Source: an uncultured Fibrobacteraceae bacterium
GTDB taxonomy: Bacteria; Krumholzibacteriota; Krumholzibacteriia; LZORAL124-64-63
Reading direction: 5' to 3'
NCBI GenBank assembly: GCA_964389015.1
Contig: CAYMCR010000008.1
Location: 312 to 64,311, forward strand
Length of the DNA stretch: 64,000 bases
Shown: one piece after another, positions 19,031 to 28,147 of the stretch
Numbering within the stretch: the first letter of the stretch is position 1
Layout: every line of letters begins with the position of its first letter
Position numbers and translations under genes: made by a program
Notes under the pieces: generated by a model
The model's input: the letters and a program-made list of their open reading frames with translations, nothing else
What the model was told of the DNA's origin: nothing
The model's database searches: none

Positions 19031-20413
19031 TCATTCCGGCGTCACCGCCTCCAATTGCGACACCAGATAGCGCGAGCCCCGGCGCATTTCCTTCGCGATG
19101 TAGACCAGATTGAAGGCCAGACCCGCGCCGAACCACCAGTAAGGCTCGTAGAGATCCATGCCGAACATGCCGAGCGCCAGCCTGATCACGATGAAACCGC
19201 TGGCGGCGATCGAGACCCCCCGCATGAAACGCAGGTCGCTCGACCAGGACTCGCATTCACGCCGGAGCTTGCCAGGCGGTTTTCGTTTGCGGGCCGCCCT
19301 GGCCAGGGCGCGCATCTGCGCCTCGAAACTGCGCTGGGCGGATCGATAGGCACGCATCAGGGAAACGAGCAGGAACACGAAAACGACCACCCCCTGCACG
19401 CCGAGGTTCGTAGCCACCTCGAGGTACAGGTTGTGGGTGTCCTGCTTGCGCCCGAACTTGCGCATGCGTACGGCGGGAAACGAGGCGATGCCAACGCCGC
19501 CCGGATTGGCGAGGAAGATAGCGGTCGCGTCCTGGAGGATCTCGATCCGCTTCTCCTTGGAATGCCCCTCCGCCTCCTGACCGCCGATGCTCTTGAACCT
19601 CTCCACATACTGTTCGGGGAGCAGGGGTATCGCCAGGCTGATCAGCAGCACGGCGATGACGGCGCTACGAAACTTCTTTCGCGTTTGGGACCACCAGAAC
19701 AGGATCAGCACCGCGAAGGCCACATAGCCGGTCCGGGAGCCCGAGAACAGCACGCAGGTGGATGCTGTGCCCACCAGCGGCAGCAGCGGCAGACGATAGA
19801 GCCACCTCTTGATCGCCGGGAACAGGAAGAAGCAGAACGGCAACGTCCCCATGGCGACGCCGGCCAGGCTGTTGGGATGGGCATAGATGGGCACAGCGCC
19901 GTGCAATCGCATCACGCCCTGGTTCTGCCAGACCAAGCCGCCGGAAATGAGCCCGCGCGTGGATTCCTGCGTGACGTAGAAACAGGCGAAGAGAAATGCA
20001 CCCATGAACAACCGCATGGCCCGCGGTGACCGGATCAGCACCACCATGAAGAACGTGAGCATTGCGAATTTGATGACCCGATCGATGAAGATGGAATTGG
20101 CCAGCTCCTTGTCGGCGGCGAAGGGAATCTGGATTATCATCACGGCGAACAGCAGCGCGATGCCGATCAGCACGTTCCTGGCGGTCTTGAGCGTACCGAA
20201 CTTCACGGGACTGGCGGAGATCAGGAAAGCGCAGGCTACCGCCAGCACCAGCCCGAACACGAACTCGATGCGCAGGGTCTTGAAGATCTCCCGGCGCGCG
20301 CCCCACTGCATGTACCTGGCCACGACGAAGATCAGGAAGGTCGCGGTGACGAACAGCGGCGCCTCCCAGTAGCGTGGGAGGCGCAAGCGGCCGGTTTTGA
20401 TACGCTGCATCAT
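19031..20413 (-). CDS. O-antigen ligase/polymerase (Wzy_C) family membrane protein
   Basis: 460 aa with about 10-12 TM segments, a periplasmic loop carrying the DTHNLYLEVATNLG motif (the H-N-x-Y-L hallmark of Wzy_C/WaaL), and a basic cytoplasmic tail. Confidence 0.8.
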   Translation of the reverse strand: MMQRIKTGRLRLPRYWEAPLFVTATFLIFVVARYMQWGARREIFKTLRIEFVFGLVLAVACAFLISASPVKFGTLKTARNVLIGIALLFAVMIIQIPFAADKELANSIFIDRVIKFAMLTFFMVVLIRSPRAMRLFMGAFLFACFYVTQESTRGLISGGLVWQNQGVMRLHGAVPIYAHPNSLAGVAMGTLPFCFFLFPAIKRWLYRLPLLPLVGTASTCVLFSGSRTGYVAFAVLILFWWSQTRKKFRSAVIAVLLISLAIPLLPEQYVERFKSIGGQEAEGHSKEKRIEILQDATAIFLANPGGVGIASFPAVRMRKFGRKQDTHNLYLEVATNLGVQGVVVFVFLLVSLMRAYRSAQRSFEAQMRALARAARKRKPPGKLRRECESWSSDLRFMRGVSIAASGFIVIRLALGMFGMDLYEPYWWFGAGLAFNLVYIAKEMRRGSRYLVSQLEAVTPE

Positions 20414-20446
20414 GCCGACGCCAGCATCCTCGTGAGGGTGGTCAGG

Positions 20447-21388
20447 CTATTTCATCCCCGCTACCGCGGCGTTGATGAAGGGTACGAAGGCCGCCGCGGC
20501 CTTTGCGTTGCCCTGCCGGCTGGGATGGCTGTCGCGTCCGCCGCCGGTCGGGTAGGCCGACCAGTTCCCCTCATCGCCGGTCAGGATGTCGTAGTAATCG
20601 AAAACCGCCACGTTGGGCAGGTCGTAAGTTGCGAGCCAGCCGTTCTCATGATCGACCAGCCAGGTATTGAACTCGCGGGCGAAATCGGCCGCGGTCGTCC
20701 CGGAACCGAAGGCGCCCTTCAGGCGGTCCTTGAGGCCCTGCTTCGGCTCGGCGCGCGGCGGCGCGGTGAAGGCCACGAAGAGCACGCCGGGTCGCGCCCG
20801 GAAATGGGGCAGCAACGCGCGGTAGGCGGCCTTGGCGTTGGCCACGGTCAACTCCTCGGCGTCGGGGTTGCCAGGCTCGGCGCCGGGGCCCGTGAAATCG
20901 TTGTTCGGGTAGCAGGACTTGAAGGCGACGATGTCGTTGGTCGTGCCGCCGGTATACTGCCGATCCTGGTGGTCGGTGGCCAGGATGGCGTCCATGTGCT
21001 CGGCGAACTTGCGTCGCCAGTGGCGGATGTCCGTGTCCGCGCCGAGGACCGACTCGTAGCTCAGTTCGCTCACGTCGTAGCCGTTCGCCGTGAGCAGGGT
21101 TCGCAGCCCGCCCCCGTTGTGATGGCTGTCGTAGATGCAGCGCTGGCCGGAGCCGGGCTCGCCGCCGGCGCGCTTGCCGTGGTCCGCCATGAGCTGCCCA
21201 CCGCAGGAATGGTGGATGAAGAGCAGGCGCTGGGGGGTCTCGGGCGCCGCGTCCGATGTCCGTTGTGTCTCTTGCATGGCGGCATCGCCTCCGTTCTCGT
21301 CGCCGGCCGTGCCGCAGGCGGCGATCGGCAGGAGCAGGGCGAGAGCCAGTGTCGTCCTCGTCGCACGCAACCTGTTCGTGTCACGCAT
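20447..21388 (-). CDS. lipoprotein, paralog of the N-terminal domain of the 9108..10481 product (unknown hydrolase-like family)
   Basis: Start at MRDTNRL, preceded by GGAGGAGG. Lipobox LLLPIAAC. Shares FIHHS.G, VLFVAFTAPPR / FVLVSGPPRR, AREFNTWL / AREFYDWL and VFDYYDIL / FFDLFDYL blocks with 9108..10481. Confidence 0.65.
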   Translation of the reverse strand: MRDTNRLRATRTTLALALLLPIAACGTAGDENGGDAAMQETQRTSDAAPETPQRLLFIHHSCGGQLMADHGKRAGGEPGSGQRCIYDSHHNGGGLRTLLTANGYDVSELSYESVLGADTDIRHWRRKFAEHMDAILATDHQDRQYTGGTTNDIVAFKSCYPNNDFTGPGAEPGNPDAEELTVANAKAAYRALLPHFRARPGVLFVAFTAPPRAEPKQGLKDRLKGAFGSGTTAADFAREFNTWLVDHENGWLATYDLPNVAVFDYYDILTGDEGNWSAYPTGGGRDSHPSRQGNAKAAAAFVPFINAAVAGMK

Positions 21389-21545
21389 CTTGTCAGCCTC
21401 CTCCGGTCCGGTTTTTGCTGGCGGATCTGGAACAGTATACGCGCCGGGAAGTTTCCGGGCCACCGCTACGTTGTTGACAAGCCTCGAACGCGAGATCGAT
21501 GATGGTGACACTAAACGTACTCACCCCGACCAGGGAGGATAGATC

Positions 21546-23249
21546 ATGAAGAACTGGCGCATCCTGACCCTGCTGGCGATGCTGGCGCTGCTCACGGCGC
21601 TCGCCTCCTGCAGCGACGACCCGACCACCCCCGCTGAGGATACCGAGGCTCCCTTGGTGATCACGGTCGTTCCGAATCAGAACGTGACAGACGTGGCGGT
21701 AGGCGAGGACGTCACCGTCACCTTCAACGAGAACATGGACCCGGCTTCGGACGACGGCAACGTCACACTGTCCCACAGCACGATCAACGACTTCACCTGG
21801 ACCGACGCCCGCACGCTGGTGATCGATCACAGCGACTGGCCGGAAGGCACCCAGGTCACGGTCACGCTCGGCACGGGCCTGACCGACTGGGCCGGCAACG
21901 GGCTGGAAGAGCCTTTCGCCTGGCAGTTCTGGACCTTCACCAATGATGTCCTGCTGCAGAACACTCTGCCCATCGACGGCGCCGTGGACGTGCCGCTCAA
22001 CACGCAGGTCTGGCTGGAGTTCTCCGCTAACATGGACGGGGCCACCCTGCCGGGAGCCATCACCGTCACCAGCCCCGACAAGGTCGAGCACGCCTACACC
22101 CTCGACGGCGATTACGAATCCTGGACCCTGACCTTCGACGCCGACCTGCCGGCGTCCACGTTGATTACAGTTACCATCACCACTGCGGCCGAGGACCTAT
22201 TCGACAACCCCCTGGCCGCCGACACGGACTTCAGCTTCACCACCGGCGACGCAGCCGACACCACGCCGCCCCAACTCCTGTCTGTGGAGCCCGCGAGCGG
22301 GACAACGATCCCCGCGAGCACCAGCTACATCCGCATGACCTTCGACGAGCCCGTCGACGACGACTCCCTGCAGCCGTCGGTGGTCAGCGGCCAGTTCATG
22401 TTGAGTATGCCCGATCCCGACAACGTAGGCGTCTGGTCCGAGAACCACACGGTCTTAACGGTGGGCCTGGCCCCGCCCCTGACGCCGGGCGCCGTCTTCT
22501 ACGTGGAGTTCGACGATTTCGCTGACATGCACGGCAACGTCAACACCGACGGCTTCACCTGGGAGGTCAACGTCGAGGGCACGCCCGACTTCATGCCCGT
22601 CACCGACTCCTTCATGATGTTCTACGTGGGTTACTGGGAGAGTTTTCCCGTCAAGGACATGGGCGGGCTCCAAGTCATAACCAAATACGAGGTGAAAACC
22701 GGCGGCGAATTCTGGCGCTGGCAGGCGGATTACTACGACTACCCGAGAAAGTATCTGGAATTCGATTTCTACGACTACGACCGCTTCAAGACGACGACCT
22801 CGGCCATCCAGTTCCTGGGCTTCCACGAAGGGGATCCCCCGGGCAAGGAGAACGACGTCACCTTCAACCCGCCGGCGGACTGGCTCAAGCTGCCGGTGAC
22901 GACCCAGAGCTGGAACGGCACCTCCACCTTCTCCCCGGTCCCCGAGGATGGGCCGACCCAGGTCGCATACGGCGCCGAGATCCTGTCGGGCGTTACCGAC
23001 CTGGAAGGTCCCACCATGGACGACAAGCAGACCGATACGACCATCTTCTGGATGGCCTGCCGCACGCTTGTGGTGGACTACACCTTGAGCGACGGCATGG
23101 AAACCTATGTGACCGGCACCGATTCCATCTGGTTCTGCCCGGGCGTCGGCCCCGTGCGCAAGGTGACCGAGAGTGTCGAGGGCGGCGAGTCGTACTCGAC
23201 GACCCTGGATCTGTACTGGGCCGGTCTCGAAGAGAACATGCCCGAATGA
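21546..23249 (+). CDS. lipoprotein with three tandem SbsA-type Ig-like domains and a C-terminal domain of unknown function
   Basis: Lipobox LTALASC. Three repeats of the pattern 'P.v.sv.P..g.t.v.v...i.vtF.E.md..s....' each about 100 aa. The C-terminal ~230 aa is unassigned. Confidence 0.7.
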   Translation: MKNWRILTLLAMLALLTALASCSDDPTTPAEDTEAPLVITVVPNQNVTDVAVGEDVTVTFNENMDPASDDGNVTLSHSTINDFTWTDARTLVIDHSDWPEGTQVTVTLGTGLTDWAGNGLEEPFAWQFWTFTNDVLLQNTLPIDGAVDVPLNTQVWLEFSANMDGATLPGAITVTSPDKVEHAYTLDGDYESWTLTFDADLPASTLITVTITTAAEDLFDNPLAADTDFSFTTGDAADTTPPQLLSVEPASGTTIPASTSYIRMTFDEPVDDDSLQPSVVSGQFMLSMPDPDNVGVWSENHTVLTVGLAPPLTPGAVFYVEFDDFADMHGNVNTDGFTWEVNVEGTPDFMPVTDSFMMFYVGYWESFPVKDMGGLQVITKYEVKTGGEFWRWQADYYDYPRKYLEFDFYDYDRFKTTTSAIQFLGFHEGDPPGKENDVTFNPPADWLKLPVTTQSWNGTSTFSPVPEDGPTQVAYGAEILSGVTDLEGPTMDDKQTDTTIFWMACRTLVVDYTLSDGMETYVTGTDSIWFCPGVGPVRKVTESVEGGESYSTTLDLYWAGLEENMPE

Positions 23250-23269
23250 TCGGCAACGACGGACCCGAA

Positions 23270-23312
23270 CACGACGAGGGCGCCCCCGGGGGCGCCCTCG
23301 TTGCGTTACGGT
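23270..23312. terminator. GC-rich perfect palindrome acting as a bidirectional terminator between convergent genes
   Basis: cgacgagggcgcccccgggggcgccctcgttg is a 14-bp perfect stem with no loop, lying between the 21546..23249 (+) stop and the 23323..23811 (-) stop. Confidence 0.5.
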
Positions 23313-23322
23313 CGGAAAGCGA

Positions 23323-23811
23323 TCAGCAGGCCTTCTCTTGCGCCTCCTCCGCTTCCACTGCGGGGGCGAACTCCTCCAGCGCCTTCTCGAGCAGACGGCG
23401 GTGGTGGCGGCGGTGCTTGAGCGGGATGTTGAAATTCGTGCGCGCCTCGTCGTCCAGCTCGTCCCAGTGCTCGCGCAGAAAGCTCTGGAGTTTACGCGTG
23501 GCGGTATTGTAGATCTCGTACACATGCTCGAAGGGCATGTCGTAGATGCGTTCGAGTTCGGCGCGGTTGCGTTTCTCGAAATCACCGAGGGTTATCGCGT
23601 CGACCTCACGGCGGTGGCAACGGGCGTCGAAGAACTCCACCGTGAAACGATCCCAGAACGCCAGGTGGCCGAGCGTCTGCTTCAGGTTCAGCTTGCTGTG
23701 CTCAGGCGGCGTTTCGCGATGCGGGACCGGGAAACTGCGCGCCAGATCACGTAATCTACGATCCTCGTCGGCGAATAAAGCGATAAGTGTCTCGACCGAA
23801 CTCATCTTCAC
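23323..23811 (-). CDS. hypothetical helical protein (possibly DinB/DUF1706-like four-helix bundle)
   Basis: 162 aa, coding-like, no motif recognised with confidence. Confidence 0.4.
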   Translation of the reverse strand: MKMSSVETLIALFADEDRRLRDLARSFPVPHRETPPEHSKLNLKQTLGHLAFWDRFTVEFFDARCHRREVDAITLGDFEKRNRAELERIYDMPFEHVYEIYNTATRKLQSFLREHWDELDDEARTNFNIPLKHRRHHRRLLEKALEEFAPAVEAEEAQEKAC

Positions 23812-23920
23812 CCCCCGAATAAAGGTGCATAATCAAAATACTCTGCTTTTAACTAGCTACGCAATAGTTGTTTGCAAAATGCACCGGGTATTACAGCCCA
23901 GGGCGAATCAACTGCACCGT

Positions 23921-24370
23921 TCAGGCGTCCACGGGACCACCCCTGCGAAGCGACCGCAAGTACAGGATCGCTCCTGCGCCCAGGCAAAGACCCATGCCGA
24001 CGTACGTGGCGGCGAGCAGCGGCCGGGGCATAGGGCTGTGTCGCAACGCGACGCCGCCGACGGACATCACCAGCGCCACGACCCAACTGCGCCAGGCGAA
24101 CATGGAGAACAGGCACGGGCTCTCGGGTCGACGCGCCAACCGCGCGAGATTCACGCGCACCAGCGGCAGGAAGATGCGCGGGATCAGATAGGCGCCGATA
24201 GCCGCGCCGGCGGCGGCGGCGAGAAAGGCCGTCAGCACGGGCGACGCCAGGAGCCAGCCGCCGGCCCTCGTGAAGAGCATCGCCGCCACCAGCCCCCAGG
24301 TTAAGCCCGCCAGCAGCGGCAGTACGCGCTTGGGCACGGTCGGGTTCAGGCGTCGGAGCAGTTCGCCCAC
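23921..24370 (-). CDS. small integral membrane protein, unknown function
   Basis: 149 aa with four hydrophobic segments. 4-nt spacing to tyrS. Confidence 0.45.
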   Translation of the reverse strand: MGELLRRLNPTVPKRVLPLLAGLTWGLVAAMLFTRAGGWLLASPVLTAFLAAAAGAAIGAYLIPRIFLPLVRVNLARLARRPESPCLFSMFAWRSWVVALVMSVGGVALRHSPMPRPLLAATYVGMGLCLGAGAILYLRSLRRGGPVDA

Positions 24371-24376
24371 GACGCC

Positions 24377-25633
24377 CTACCCCACCTGGATGTGATGGTG
24401 GCGCTTCTTGCCCGCCTGCAGGGCGATCTTGCCGTCACGGACGTCGGCCGGGGCGAGCATACGCATCTCGTCGTCGACCTTGTCGCCGTTGACCTTGATG
24501 CCGCCTTGGCGGATGAGCCGCCGCGCCTCGCCCTTGCTCTTGGCCAGGCCGGCATCGGCCAGGGCGTCGATCAGGGACAGACCGTCCCCTGCCAGATCGA
24601 CGGCGGGACGCTGGCTCGACGGGATGGAGCCGGCCTCGGCACCGCCCGTGAAGAGGGCCGCCGCCGCTGCGGCCGCCGCCCGCGCCTCATCCTCGCCGTG
24701 CAGCAGGCTGGTGACCTCGTGGGCCAGGACCCGCTTGGCCTCGCGGATGTCGGCGCCCTGCAGCGCCGCCAGTCGCCGCACCTCGTCCATGGGCAACAAG
24801 GTGTAGAGCCCCAGGAATCGCTCGACGTCGCGGTCGTCCACGTTGACCCAGTACTGGTAGAAGTCGTAGGGGCTGGTGCGCCGGGCGTCGAGCCACACGG
24901 CGCCGGCGGCGGTCTTGCCCATCTTGGCGCCGGTGGCCGTGGCGATCAGTGGGAAGGTCAGGCCGAAGACCTCCTGGCGGTTCACGCGGCGCGTCAGGTC
25001 GATACCCGAGACGATGTTGCCCCACTGGTCGTCGCCGCCCATCTGCAGGCGGCAGCCGTGGTCGCGGTTGAGCACCATGAAGTCGTAGGCCTGCAGGATC
25101 ATGTAGTTGAACTCGATAAAGGACATGCCGGTCTCGAGCCGTGACTTCACCGAATCGCGCGAGAGCATGACGTTCACGCTGAAGTGCCGCCCGATCTCGC
25201 GCAGGAAGTCGATGTACGACCAGTCCACCAGCCAGTCGGCGTTGTTCACCATGAGCCCGTCGACGGGTCCATCGCCGAAGTGGATGTAGTGGGCTAGCTG
25301 GGCCTTGATGCCGTCGAGGTTGAGGTCGATCTGCTCGATGGTCAGCATCTTGCGCAGCTCGGTCTTGCCGCTGGGGTCGCCCACCATGGCGGTGCCGCCG
25401 CCGGCGATGGCGATGGGACGGTGGCCGTGGCGCTGCAGATGCACCAGTCCCATGATGGGGATCAGGCTGCCGATGTGCAGCGAGTCGGCGGTGGGGTCGA
25501 AACCGATGTACCCGGTGACGGTCTCCGACGCCAGCAGCTCGGTCAGCGCCGGTTCGTCGGTGCATTGCTTGAAGAAGCCGCGCTCCTTCAGGGCAGGCAG
25601 AAAAGCGGCGTCGGGCAGTGTCTCATCGCTCAT
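24377..25633 (-). CDS. tyrS: tyrosine--tRNA ligase
   Basis: 418 aa. KMGKT (KMSKS) motif and a C-terminal S4 RNA-binding domain. N-terminus typical of TyrRS (GFDPTADSLHIGSLIP). Confidence 0.93.
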   Translation of the reverse strand: MSDETLPDAAFLPALKERGFFKQCTDEPALTELLASETVTGYIGFDPTADSLHIGSLIPIMGLVHLQRHGHRPIAIAGGGTAMVGDPSGKTELRKMLTIEQIDLNLDGIKAQLAHYIHFGDGPVDGLMVNNADWLVDWSYIDFLREIGRHFSVNVMLSRDSVKSRLETGMSFIEFNYMILQAYDFMVLNRDHGCRLQMGGDDQWGNIVSGIDLTRRVNRQEVFGLTFPLIATATGAKMGKTAAGAVWLDARRTSPYDFYQYWVNVDDRDVERFLGLYTLLPMDEVRRLAALQGADIREAKRVLAHEVTSLLHGEDEARAAAAAAAALFTGGAEAGSIPSSQRPAVDLAGDGLSLIDALADAGLAKSKGEARRLIRQGGIKVNGDKVDDEMRMLAPADVRDGKIALQAGKKRHHHIQVG

Positions 25634-26748
25634 GCTGTATTCCTCTTGAAACGTGTCACGAGTTCATCCAGGGGACATTCTCCCAGGAAGCGGATCAACT
25701 CGACGGCCAGTTCCCAGGCCACGACCGCCTCGGCCACCACGCCGGCGGCCGGGACCACGCAGATGTCCGACCGTACCCAGGAGCCGCGCTTGGCCTTGCC
25801 GGTCTTCAGATCCACGCTGCGCAATCCCTTGCGTTGGGTGGAGATGGGCTTGACGTAAGCCCTGGCGCGGACCGGTTCGCCGTTGGTGACGCCGCCTTCC
25901 AGCCCGCCGGCGCGGTTGGTTTCGCGCTTCACGCCGCCGCTGCCGTCGGGGAAGAGTTCGTCGTGCGCCGATTGGCCGTCGCGGGCGCTGACCGCCACGC
26001 CGTCGCCGATCTCGGCGGCCTTTACGCTGGGAATCGTGACCAGGGCCGCCGCCAGAGCCGCGTCCAGTCGCCGGTCAGGCTGGGCGTAGGTGCCCAGTCC
26101 CGCCGGAACACCGAAAGCGATCACTTCGGTCACGCCGCCGAGGGTCACGCCCTCTGCGCGCGCCGCGTCGATGCGCGCGACCATCTCCGGCTCGGCCTTG
26201 CGGTCCAGGCAACGCAGAGGTGTGCCCTTGCGCACGCGGCGCAGCCTCGTCAAGGTGGGCTCCGGTCCGTGCGCCTCCAGGCCGCCCATCGACACGGTAT
26301 GGCTCCAGACCTCGATGCCCATGGCCCGGAGCAACTTCTTGGCGCAGGCGCCGACGGCCACCACACCGGCCGTGGAACGGGCGCTGGCACGTTCGGCCAC
26401 CGGCGCGAAGCCGTGGTAGCCATAGCGCTGGCGACCGGCCAGATCGGCGTGTCCCGGTCGCGGCACCGGCCAGTCGGGGTGGGGCTTGCCGCCGCGCGCG
26501 TCGAAATCGCGGTTCTTGATCACGATGGCCAGGGGCGAGCCGAGGGTCCGTCCCTTCCAAAGCCCCGCCGGGATCAGGCAGGTGTCGTTCTCGATGGATT
26601 GGGCGCGCGGGCCGCGGCCGTAGCCCTCGAGTCGGCGCGCGAGCTCGGTGTCCAGGTCGGCCTCGCGCAAACGCAGGCCGGCCGGGAAGCCCTCGATCAC
26701 CGAGACCAGGGCCCGGCCGTGGCTCTCACCCGCGAGCAGGTATCTCAT
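25630..26748 (-). CDS. aroC: chorismate synthase
   Basis: 372 aa starting MRYLLAGESHG, the canonical AroC N-terminus. 4-nt overlaps with tyrS and aroA. Confidence 0.93.
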   Translation of the reverse strand: MRYLLAGESHGRALVSVIEGFPAGLRLREADLDTELARRLEGYGRGPRAQSIENDTCLIPAGLWKGRTLGSPLAIVIKNRDFDARGGKPHPDWPVPRPGHADLAGRQRYGYHGFAPVAERASARSTAGVVAVGACAKKLLRAMGIEVWSHTVSMGGLEAHGPEPTLTRLRRVRKGTPLRCLDRKAEPEMVARIDAARAEGVTLGGVTEVIAFGVPAGLGTYAQPDRRLDAALAAALVTIPSVKAAEIGDGVAVSARDGQSAHDELFPDGSGGVKRETNRAGGLEGGVTNGEPVRARAYVKPISTQRKGLRSVDLKTGKAKRGSWVRSDICVVPAAGVVAEAVVAWELAVELIRFLGECPLDELVTRFKRNTA

Positions 26749-28073
26749 GTCTCTGTGCCTCCACGCTGCAGGTCTTCGAGGATCGCGAAGAAGTCCGGGA
26801 ATGATACCGCCACGCAGGCGTCGTCGTCCAGCAACACTCCCCCGCGCGAGGCCAGCGCGGCCACGGCGAAGGCCATGGCGATGCGATGGTCGCCCCGCGT
26901 AGACACCGCCGCGGCCTGCCGGGTGGGATAGCCGTCCGGATTGCCGACGATGTCCAGGCCGTCCTCGTGCACCGTTACCTCGACGCCCAGCGCACGCAGA
27001 CCGGCCGCCGTCGTCTCGAGGCGATCGGATTCCTTGTAACGCAGTTCCTTCGCATCACGGATGCGGGTGACACCCTCGGCGCGGCCGGCCAGCGCGGCCA
27101 GCAGGGGCAGCTCGTCGATCATGGCCGGGATGCCGGGGCCCGAGATCTCGCAGGCCCGCAGCGCGCCGTGGTGGGCACGGACCTCGCCCACCGGCTCGAC
27201 CGCCCGGCCCGTCTGCGGGCGGATCTCCAGTCCAGCCGCCATGTCATCCAGGACATCCAGGAAGCGCGCGCGGGTGGGATTGAACATCAAGTCGCGGATC
27301 TCGATCCCGCTGCCGGGCACCAGTACCGCGGCGGCCAGCAGGAAGGCAGCACTCGACGGGTCGCCCGGCACTGTCATGTCCAGAAGTGTCAGGGGGCGCC
27401 CCGGCTGGAGAGTGCAACGGTCGTCGCCGGTCCGGAGATCGGCGCCCATGGCCGCCAGCATCTTCTCGGTGTGATCGCGCGAAGCACCGCCGCCGGCCAC
27501 GACTGTCTCGCCGGCGGCGCAGAGACCCGCCAGCAGCAGGGCCGACTTGATCTGAGCCGAAGCCACGGGCAGGCGGTAGTCGATGCCGCGCAGGGCCGCG
27601 CCGCTGATCACCAGCGGCAGGCGTCCCTCGTCCTGCTCGTAGTCGATGCGGGCACCCATTAAGCGCAGCGGATCGACCACCCGGGCCATGGGACGTGATC
27701 TCAGACTGGCGTCGCCGTCGAGTCGCGCGCGGACCCGGCGACCGGCCAGCAGCCCCATCAAAAGCCGTGTAGTGGTCCCGCTGTTGCCGCAATCGATGTC
27801 CACCACGGGCGCATCGGAGGCGACCGCCCCGACGACCGGGAACGACCCCGGCCCGATCGAAAGCTCGCCGCCCTCGCGCCGCACCTCGGCCCCCAGAGCC
27901 TCGACGGCCGCCAAAGAGCGACCGGTATCCTCGGCCTCCAGCCAGCCCCGAATCCGGCTTACGCCGCCAGACAAGGGCGCAAAGAGCGCCGCCCGGTGTG
28001 AAACGGACTTGTCCCCCGGCACTTTCACGGCGCCGAGCAACGGACCCCTGGCAGGTTCGATCAAACGCGACAC
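26745..28073 (-). CDS. aroA: 3-phosphoshikimate 1-carboxyvinyltransferase (EPSP synthase)
   Basis: 442 aa. KVPGDKSVSHRAALFA motif of EPSP synthase. Confidence 0.93.
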   Translation of the reverse strand: MSRLIEPARGPLLGAVKVPGDKSVSHRAALFAPLSGGVSRIRGWLEAEDTGRSLAAVEALGAEVRREGGELSIGPGSFPVVGAVASDAPVVDIDCGNSGTTTRLLMGLLAGRRVRARLDGDASLRSRPMARVVDPLRLMGARIDYEQDEGRLPLVISGAALRGIDYRLPVASAQIKSALLLAGLCAAGETVVAGGGASRDHTEKMLAAMGADLRTGDDRCTLQPGRPLTLLDMTVPGDPSSAAFLLAAAVLVPGSGIEIRDLMFNPTRARFLDVLDDMAAGLEIRPQTGRAVEPVGEVRAHHGALRACEISGPGIPAMIDELPLLAALAGRAEGVTRIRDAKELRYKESDRLETTAAGLRALGVEVTVHEDGLDIVGNPDGYPTRQAAAVSTRGDHRIAMAFAVAALASRGGVLLDDDACVAVSFPDFFAILEDLQRGGTET

Positions 28074-28147
28074 GTTTCACCTTTCCGGTGGACTGCAACT
28101 TCGTCGAATCCGCAACGTAGCCGACTGCTCAAACGAAGGCAACCGCT

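Noticed and set aside
3414-21511. Exosortase/PEP-CTERM system
   Set aside because: Despite CapK-like ligases, a Wzy_C-like protein and a deacetylase/FemAB pair that often accompany exosortase loci, no protein in the window ends in a PEP motif + TM helix + Arg cluster. No exosortase (EpsH) membrane protein was seen.
23546-24304. 252-aa plus-strand ORF spanning the 23323..23811 / 23921..24370 region
   Set aside because: It runs antisense across two minus-strand genes and their intergenic promoter region. The translation is low-complexity (Arg/Ser/Ala rich) with no motifs.
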